A stretch of DNA of 51,436 bases from Octopus bimaculoides. Lineage: Eukaryota. Both the position numbers and the translations under genes were made by a program. Positions 36,901-46,639 of this stretch are shown piece after piece (positions within the stretch are counted from its first letter, which is position 1; the number at the start of each line of letters is the position of its first letter). Below the pieces are notes generated by a model. That model worked only from the letters and a program-made list of their open reading frames with translations, was not told where the DNA came from and ran no database searches. The DNA lies in NCBI RefSeq assembly GCF_001194135.2, contig NC_068982.1, positions 8,061,624-8,113,059 of the forward strand, written 5' to 3'.

Positions 36901-39583
36901 ATGCACCCCTTAATAATGGCTCCAAATTTTGACACAAGGCCAGTAATATTAGGAGATGGGACAAGTCAGTTACACTGACCCCAATTGGTACTTGTTTTAC
37001 TGACCCCTAAAAAGATGAAAGACAAAGTCGAACTCAGCAGAATTTGAGCTTTAATCTTAGTGATGGACGAAATGTCATTGAGTATTTTCTCTGGCATACT
37101 AACAATCCTGTCAGCTCACCACCTTAATAATAATGATGGCCTCTCTCGTTGAAGAAGATGTATGAGCATTCAGCTTTTGCAAAACGATCTGCACAAATGA
37201 TTTGTCTATTGGGATCAAAATGTTTTCATGCTGTATGTTATCTCACTCTCTCCATCAAGTTGACGTTGCCTGAACAGGTGCACACCTGTATCACACGTGA
37301 GGTGTCAAATTGATCACAGAGCAACACGAGATGAAGCATTTTGTTCAAGAACACTACATACCACCTGATCTACGAATTGAAACCAAGATCTCGCGATCGT
37401 GAATGCAACACCCTAACCACTAGGCCATGCATCCTCACTGATATTAATCCTTTCTACTATAGGCACAAGGCCTGAAATTTTGAGGGACAAGGTATAAGTC
37501 GATCTCAGGGCATAACTGGTACATATTTCATCGACCTCGAAAAAATGAAAGGCAAAGTCGACCACGGTGGAATTTGAACTCAGAACTTAAGGGCAGACGA
37601 AATTATAATAATTCCTTCTAGGGATCTTTTTTAAAACGGGGGCCACATTTTTCATTAATGTTTTACGTAGTGTTTTTGGTACCGAAAGACTTTCAAACTT
37701 CGTATACTTATCTATTTTGTGTTATAGAACAGAAAAATATTTTTGTATTCGAATTTATTTCATGTAAAAAATTGTCTTATTTCGATAATTTCAACCAATC
37801 ACTGACGTCCACTCAGCCGATATACATTAAGTGCCGACTACATAAACAAACGATTCTTCGTTTTATTTGCTTTTTTCATTTTAAATTTGCTTTAACCCTA
37901 ACCCTAACCCTAACTCTAACTCTAACCCTAGGGTTAGGGTTAATTGTTTCAGAATCGTTTGTTTATGTAGTCGGCACTTAATGTATATCGGCTGAATGGA
38001 CGTCAGTGATTGGTTGAAATTACAGAAATACGACAACTTTAACATGGAATAATTTATGGATTTCTTTTTTTTTTAAGAAGACTAAGAGAAAAAGATGTTT
38101 TATATGACACATTCTACCAGTGTTCCAAGTTTCAAAGTGTTTCGTTAATGAAAAATGTGGCCCCCGTTTTAAAAAAGATCCCCTTCTAGAATAAGCACAA
38201 GACCTGAAAATTCACATGGTATAAGTTATAACAGATTTACGTACTGTTCGTCTGATAGTTGCAGGAAATGCATTCCGCTGAGGGTACACCCCAGGAACCG
38301 ATTCCTCTCTCACTACAGCAATTTAGCATGGTTGTTAAGTTACCGGAATGCGCTTCTGAGGCAGTGTCATTGCATAGAGTTGAATCAAAACAAAACTTCA
38401 AGTCATCAGTCACAGCTGTAGGTGAAAAAATACGCAAAAAACAGATTGAATATTAGTAGAATGCAAATACCTTGTTTGTGAATGAATGTTTGTTATGAAT
38501 TTTAACTGTGTGCTAGAAATAAAGAATGATATATAAACCTTCTTTCATTGTTACATTTAACCATTGCTGTTTCCCAATTCATAAAAATATTTTTTTACGT
38601 GTTAGAAACGAAAATATATTTTATAATATATTGTGTACTGGACACAGTTTTGTGTGTCACATAGCTAGCTAGAGGCGATGGCCTCTTGGAGCTAATCAAC
38701 AGTAGCTTTTGTCCTATTTTTTCTGAACTGCCATGTTAGCTTGGCAATAACTATTTATACTCAGTACTGCTGCCATAGTCTCCTTTAGAGAGATTTAGAA
38801 ATAATAATATTTCTAGTTTTGAAAATATATTTATTGTGATACAATTATGTAGTAATTTGCAAAGGTGGGTACCATTAATCAAAAAGTTTACTGTTAATCT
38901 GTTAACCAAAAAGTCAACTTCGATAACTGTGAATCGGTAAATTCTTTAAAAATATTACGGAAGTTGCCGATAAACTGTTAACATTAATTAGTATTATAGA
39001 AAAAAAATGATAAAAAGCATCTGTTTTTGCTCTAAAACCACCTAAAAACAACTTTAAAAAGTGCAAAAACAATAAAAACCGTTTACTTCAATTCCATTAA
39101 AGTTAATGGAAGTTAACTCAAGTTGACTTGAGTTAACAGAAGTTAAATGTAACAGAAGTTAATTAATTAATCCAATAACGATTTCCAAAGTTAACTTAAA
39201 AGTTACATTGTGAACGAAAATGTTAACTTCATTAATTAACGATTAACGGATTAACAGTTTGTTAATTTGTTTCTCAAAGTAGTAGAAAGTGAGTTATTGT
39301 TTGTTTTACACCATTAACATAATCATCGCCGTCGTCGCCATCATAATTTAACATCCGTTTTCCATGATGGCAGAGTTAGATTGGTTGACAGGAGCTGGCA
39401 AAGCTGAGAGCTGTACCTAGCTCCATTGTTTCGCATGGTATCTACAAGTGGATGCTTTTCGTAATGCCAACCAATTTACAGACTGATCTAAGTACTTTTT
39501 ATGAGGCACCAGTATCAGTGATTTTCTCGAAGCACCAGCACAGCCAGGGTCACCAAGTACCTTGCTAAAAGGAAAAAGAAAAA

Positions 39584-39630
<47 letters not shown>

Positions 39631-42457
39631 AAGAACACTCAACTGGGAGTGGAGAGAAGTATTGGACGGGGTGGGTTGGTGCCATTTGAGAGATTAAAGG
39701 CAGTGGCAGACTGGCCAGGTTACTAGTTTACCAGATGGCAAGTGGGCTGCTGCACCATTAGAATCCATGTATGGGGGTCCATGTTAGTATCTAAGGGGCC
39801 CATCCCCTCAAGTTTGAGAATTTTTAAATTCACTCCTGGAAGAATGTATTAATTATTTCAGCCTGGCTGTGTTTGTAGAAAGTTGAAAAGAATACTTTTA
39901 ACAAAAAAAAAAAAAAATTAAATGAAAGCATTGAGGTTGCGGGTGGGCCCCCTTGTAGTTGCAGGTGGGCCTTCTTGTTGTTGGGGGTGGTCTTCTTTAG
40001 TCTCCTGGCAACTAATATTTTTAGACCCAGTCTGCCACTTATTGAAGGTATAGGGACAGAGACAGGTGCCTTGCTGTAGATGCATGGATTGCCCAGTTGG
40101 AAGGGGAAAGGGAGTGGGGAGAGAGTAAGATAAGATGAGAGTGATAGTTAGAGAGGCATGGTGAACCAGTTGTATATTTATGAGGAATTATGTACATTAT
40201 TTACATTTGACGGATATTTGTCCTCATCTTGTTTGTTGTTAACACAACGTTTTTGCTGATATACCCTCATCAGGTGTCTTGGGAAAATTTCGAACCTGGG
40301 TTCTCATTCCTAAGGTATTTTTCGATGTTATTATTATTAAGGTCACTGTCTGGAATAGAACTCGGAATCTTGGGGTTAGTAGCCCGCACTCTTAACCACT
40401 ACGCCATATACCCTTGTGCATATGGCGTAGTGGTTAAGAGTGCGGGCTACTAACCCCAAGATTCCGAGTTCTATTCCAGACAGTGACCTTAATAATAAAA
40501 ACAATAATAATAATAATAACATCGAAAAATACCTTAGGAATGAGAACCCAGGTTCGAAATTTCCCCAAGACACCCGATGAAGGCTGGAGAGTATATCAGC
40601 CGAAACGTTGTGTTAACAACAAACAAGATGAAGACAAATATCCATGAAATGTAAATAATGTAGATATGGTGAAGATGTGTCAGGACATGCCCTTGAGGAC
40701 TTTGGGAGTGTAAATTAAATGACTTTTGATTTTGAACAAGTTCCAAGAACAGTTATTCATTGAAGGGTGACGAACTGATTTCATTGATTTTTATCTTGTT
40801 TCAATGATTAGATTGTGGCTATACTGGGGCACCATCTTGAAAAATTTTAGTCAAAGGAGTCGACTCTGGTACTTATTTTAGATTTTTTTTTCTGTTTGGC
40901 TGCACCTGTCTAAATTTTAAATTTGAGTGACAATTTTAAAATTTGGTGTATTGATGTAATATTCCACGCAGAATTTCAGGAGATATTTCACTTAAAAAAA
41001 AAAAAATTTAAAACAAGTCACAGAGGTTTAAAGTTTGGTGATTTTTACTCAGTCAGAAAACAGAATTTGGAAGCTTTCATTTTGTGCGTGACAGTACGTG
41101 TTGCCGACTGTACACAAATGAAGTATGGCTGGAATTCTGCTTTATGCATGCCATATGACTTCTCATAACTTTTTTCATCTATTGGAATTTTCAGAAAATT
41201 TTTGTGAATTTTTATTCTAGACACAGGAATTCATACGATTATGCAAAATCCAAAAGAAAAAAAATGACGCGTGATTTAAGACCATTATTTTTAGTACATC
41301 TCACAACACCACTTAACAGATGAAAGATGACTGCATGAGTAAGCAACTTGGAAACAGATTGGCTTGTTACTATGGAAACAGGCACCTATAGCTTTCGATT
41401 GGCTAAAATTATACAAAATTTGAAAACGAAAAGCTATTAACTCTTTATTGATTTATAGCGAAAATGAATTTTATGTCAATGATTACTTTACACAACTACA
41501 TCGATATTCCAAATATTAAATCAATTGGAACAAAAATTGAAGAAATTGGAAAGTGGCAGCCAAACAGAAAAGATCCCTTTTTTTAAAAAACAAAATAAAG
41601 CCTGGCAATTATTCTATCGGTCTGATTTGCCGAACTGTCAAATTGGGAACGCAGGATCTCCTCATTCAAACTTTTGAATTTTTATAATTTTGAATTTCTA
41701 TGTATCACTTTCCATTTTGAACTCGACAAGGACAGGCAAGCTGTCGAAATATCGTTCAAACCAATAAAATATCTATTGCAATCCCATCGCACTCTTTGTA
41801 TTGTCTATTTAATAATAATAATAATAATAATAATAATAGTAATAATAATAATTCCTCACTGAACAAAAAGTGTATCGATGGAGCTCATATAGATGCAAAG
41901 ATCTACTCCTAACCAATCGCATGATCCTTGAGAATTGTCATAACAAACACAAAATCTCAGTTCTGGATGGATTGATTATAAAAAAGTCTTTGATAGCATA
42001 CCGCATTCATGGATCTTGAAATCACTGGGTGTCTTCAAAATTTCTCCTGTAATTTCAGACTTCCTGAAGCAAAAATTGTCAGTATGGAATACAAATCCCC
42101 AATTATACCACTCGAATTAAGTACCGACAACAATATTAATATCAATATTAATATCCAAGGTGACTCACTTTCACCTCCAATTTTTTGCATAACCCTAATA
42201 CCCCATACAAATGAACTTAACATACAAATTCACGACAAGAAAATAAGCCGTCTATTTTATACGGCTGATTTAATACTCTATGGCAAAGACAATAATGAGC
42301 TTGAAGGCCTATTATGTACTGTGAAAGCATTCAGTGATAACACCGGGATGGAATTTGGTCTTGATAAATGTGCCAAGGCCACTTTCCAGAGTTTTTTGCC
42401 CTAGGTGTCGGGAAGACACTCGGCAAGAAATGGAAACAAAATTGAAAGACGATAATG

Positions 42458-42500
<43 letters not shown>

Positions 42501-45500
42501 CAACCCTCTTGAGAATGAAATAGCCTGGCTATGGAAAATCAAGTTGGTGAAGATAGTGTCAATTATTGTTGGGAACAGTGTCAGAAGGCATCAAGCGGGG
42601 AATATAAAGGAAATTGGAATCGAGTGCCCAGTAGACCTGTTACAGAAGGTTTGCCTCTTTGGCATGGCTAGAATAATCAGGAAAGTATTATATAGCTGGA
42701 AAAACAAACGGGTAGCATGGTACCGTAGGCTGCAGGTAGTAAGCCTGCTACGCATACAAGACTCCAGGTGTTCCAATAAAACTTGTGATAAAAAGAAATT
42801 CTGAGTCTAGAAATTTAGAGGAGAGGGATAATCGATTACATCGACCCTAGTGTTCAACTGGTATTTTGTCCAGCTTGTCAGACAGGGACGTGCCGCCAAG
42901 GTAGGCAAGGTAGGCACTGCCTACCTTGAATAAAATAGATCGATAGCAACATTTCCCTTTTATGGCAAAATATGCATCTAATTCAATAAAATGATGAAGG
43001 TTACTATGTATAAAATGCAAGATATTTGATTTTTTGAAGATTATGTAAGCATAATTCGCCCTTGCCTTTCAATCTCAGTATTTGAGCTATGCATAGTAAT
43101 GCTGTAGTACAGTGTGTTGTGTACACTCCTACAACACCTTTTTCTTTACATGTTATAAAGGCAGAAGTAAATCTACCTTCAACTCATTCATGTGTCTGTG
43201 TTTCACTTATTTTTTTGAGTGTTTTACTACATAAAGGTCACCAACTGCCTACCCTGAGTAATTACTGACAGCACGTGTCTGTTGTCAGATAATCATACGC
43301 GATATGCTTATTCAATATACAAGGTTAGCAATTTATGTATTTAGTATTTTATAGCTTACCTCAAAAATTCTATTCTGCATATATATTATCTTGTTTTGAA
43401 GCTTTAGAACAGTGGTTCCCAACTTGCGTTCTGCGGACCCCTGATGGTACGCAAAGGTAGTACTGGGGTCCGTGAGCTAAATTCAAAATTTCATATAAGC
43501 ATATTAAAAGCGGTCCGTGGGAAAACTTATTTAAATAAAAGGGTTGGGAATCACTGGTGGAAACTACAGTGAAAAGGTTGGGAACCACTGTTGTAGAACA
43601 TATAGGATTTAAATAAGATACAGAATGTCAGAAATGATAGACGTCTAACAAATACCCTTCCGATTTGAAAATGAACAAAGTAAAATGGAGGATTAGAGAA
43701 TGTATCGAATATAAACACATATACATACCAGCCATGTTGTATTCGCAGTATAAACCTTTATACTTCTCATTACATTGGCATTTATTTGGTTGAACACAAA
43801 CACCACCATTTCTGCATGCTACCGTACAAATTGCTGGAAACAAAATCAGGTTACAGTGCACTTTACAGAATACATATACGTTTATGTAAAACAAATTAAG
43901 TAGTGAACATTAACTTATGGCATGCATAAATGCAACGAAGACATGGTTGACTGTTCGTGATCAGAGGTATTCAACAGAAATTTCACAACTTTACTAACTT
44001 CAATGTAGTTGAATATTAGTAATTGAGGCGTTCATGTCTTTTATTAGATTATCAGTGGAGCGAGTAACACAATTACAACTAGTAATCGAAAATGGATCGC
44101 AGACTCAGTTCTCTGTGAGCTTTACTACAAACATCTCAACAATCCAATAAACTAAACACATGTACACAAACAAATTGCGTGCGCATAAAGAAAATGCACG
44201 CATGTACAAATCTGTGTACGAATATATTGAAAAGCTCGAATACATTGATTTGCTTATAAAGAAACCAATGCAAAAAAAAATACGGGACTCTGCTTTGAAA
44301 TTGATGGTATGAACTTGTACCGGTCATTCGAACCCTAACCGCTGCATACCCGACTAGGCATCACGAGCGAGCCACCACAGCTTCACGTGATTGATCTATG
44401 ACTCGACAAGTTGGCCTGGTATGGCCTCTAGGATGTTCTAAAATGTAACCCTTTTTCACCTTATAAAAACCGTTTGGCGCCTTACTCGTCGCAGAGTTTT
44501 GAGGGCGGCTGATTGACTCATCTCTTGCCAGGCAAGCAGCCTTCGGCATTCTCGTAGACAATTTCGGACTTTGAATAGGCAAGTTCGGGTTTTCAGACAG
44601 ACCCACGATGTCCCAGAAGTAGTTTGTACGGACACGATGTGGTTTTTCTATCCTTCCAGTCTGCAGTTATGATTAATTGTCATTGCAAATAGCCAACACC
44701 AAATATCGTGTCCGGCAATAGATAATACAGTTAAATGTTCGTGGGTTGGCATCAATCATTATTCACACAGCCAACAACAACAACAACAACATTCCAGACG
44801 TACACTACAACATAGTAATACAGCCATCCACGGCGACTCAGACGTTTAAAATGTATCACCATTAACCAGGTCCACCTGAGCAACCCCACAACAAACTAGA
44901 ATCAAAATACATCAGGCTTCTGTAACAGCCACGCTTTTGCGTGGTAACATAATATATATTTCATAGCGCATTATTGGTGGGAATGCTTTCCTTTTTTCGC
45001 ATATGAATTCAATAAAGGTTTAAATTCGAGCGTTTTCAGAAATCTACATATAATTTTAAGCACTAATTTCTATATACCCACAGAACCTATCCCACAAGTA
45101 AATATTCCCACTTACGTGTGCTGCAATATTCTCCTGTCCAACCATCGCAACATGTCTGACTTGTTTCTACGATTTCTCTGTGGAGGAAAAAAAAAAAGAA
45201 TTTGATATTATATACAGTTTCTAGAAGAACTCTAAATTTCGACTCTAACTTGCTTAATAGAGCACGAAATACCACTCTACACAGGCTATGTTATTTGTTT
45301 CTTTAACAATGGCGTGTTTGAATCTTCAGGAAAAGAAAACCAATTGCGTCTTTTATAATGATATTGTGAACACAACATGGTGAAATGGTTAGGAGGTTTC
45401 GTTCGCATTTATGACCCTGCAGCGAGGCCTTTATGCAAGTGTCTTTTTACTTTAGCTTCGGTTCGACCCAAACCATGTGGATGGAAATTGGTTGATTGAA

Positions 45501-46171
45501 ATTGTGGGGAAGCACGTCGGATTGATTTTTACCTGTAATTTAAAGGCCCAGAGTTTACATTCTGTCACGCTGGTGCATGTCTCTGTAGACAGTTCAGCCA
45601 CTTACACAACTATACTATGGGCAAGTAGTTAGGTTCGAATCATTGAATACGCATAATCGAAACCGATAGAGATCCATTTTTATAAATTCTTAACAGATAA
45701 CATAACTTTGAGTTAAGTCATTTAGCATAATGATATTTCTAAGTGGAACCCGTGGAAATTCCATGGAATGGAAAAAATTAAGAGGACCTATATAAAGAAA
45801 GAATGAATTGCATTTTTATAGCATTCATAGTTTAGCTTTCTTTAGATATTCTTGATGTTCATCTACATTCATTTCCTCACGCCTCCATCACTGTTGTCTT
45901 TTCCTTCTTTTATTATATTTTCTCGCTGTTCCTCTCTGATCCGTGCCCTATATCTGCGCATCCTTTCTTGAGCAGCTTGCAATCATGTTTCTTGTGAATT
46001 CAGAGTTTGAGCTAAAATTAACCCTTGTAAACAAATATCAATTTTTTAAGCGAGCTGATGATAAATAATTACACTTATGTGTATGCAATGGTCGCTATAA
46101 AAAAAAATTAGTTCAATAAAAAAAACAAAATTTTCACTATCAACACACCACCACTACCACCATTACCTGCT

Positions 46172-46202
<31 letters not shown>

Positions 46203-46479
46203 CTCTCAATATAACTGCTCCTCCTGTCCATATCTATCTACCTTCCCCGTCAGCTAACTTTTTAACCACGTAATAAGTACATTATTTACATTTGACGGAC
46301 ACATAATATCGAGGGCTCATTCATCCTTTTGTTGTCATAAGTAGCTTGCTTACCAACCACATGGTTCCGGGTTCAGTCCCACTGCGTGGCACCTTGGGCA
46401 AGTGTCTTCTACTATAGCCTCGGGCCGACCAAAGCCTTGTGAGTGGATTTGGTAGACGGAAACTGAAAGAAGCCCATCG

Positions 46480-46510
<31 letters not shown>

Positions 46511-46600
46511 GTGTGTGTGTTTGTCTGTGTGTGTTTGTCCTACCCCCTGCCCAACATCACTTGACCGCAGTCAAATGACTGAAACAAGTAAAAGAGTAAA

Positions 46601-46639
<39 letters not shown>

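Noticed and set aside
37893-37942. Possible ancestral telomere fusion site
   Set aside because: Only about 8 units, enclosed in a TIR element with a TSD; better explained as transposon cargo.
38238-38244. Alternative donor (gtaaat) for the TB exon, 4 nt downstream
   Set aside because: It gives phase 2, incompatible with the phase 1 acceptor of the next exon.
38860-39260. gttaac-rich segment resembling a transposon subterminal region; also a shared repeat at about 21850-21960 and 40990-41100
   Set aside because: Probably old non-autonomous DNA elements, but I could not define TIRs or TSDs.
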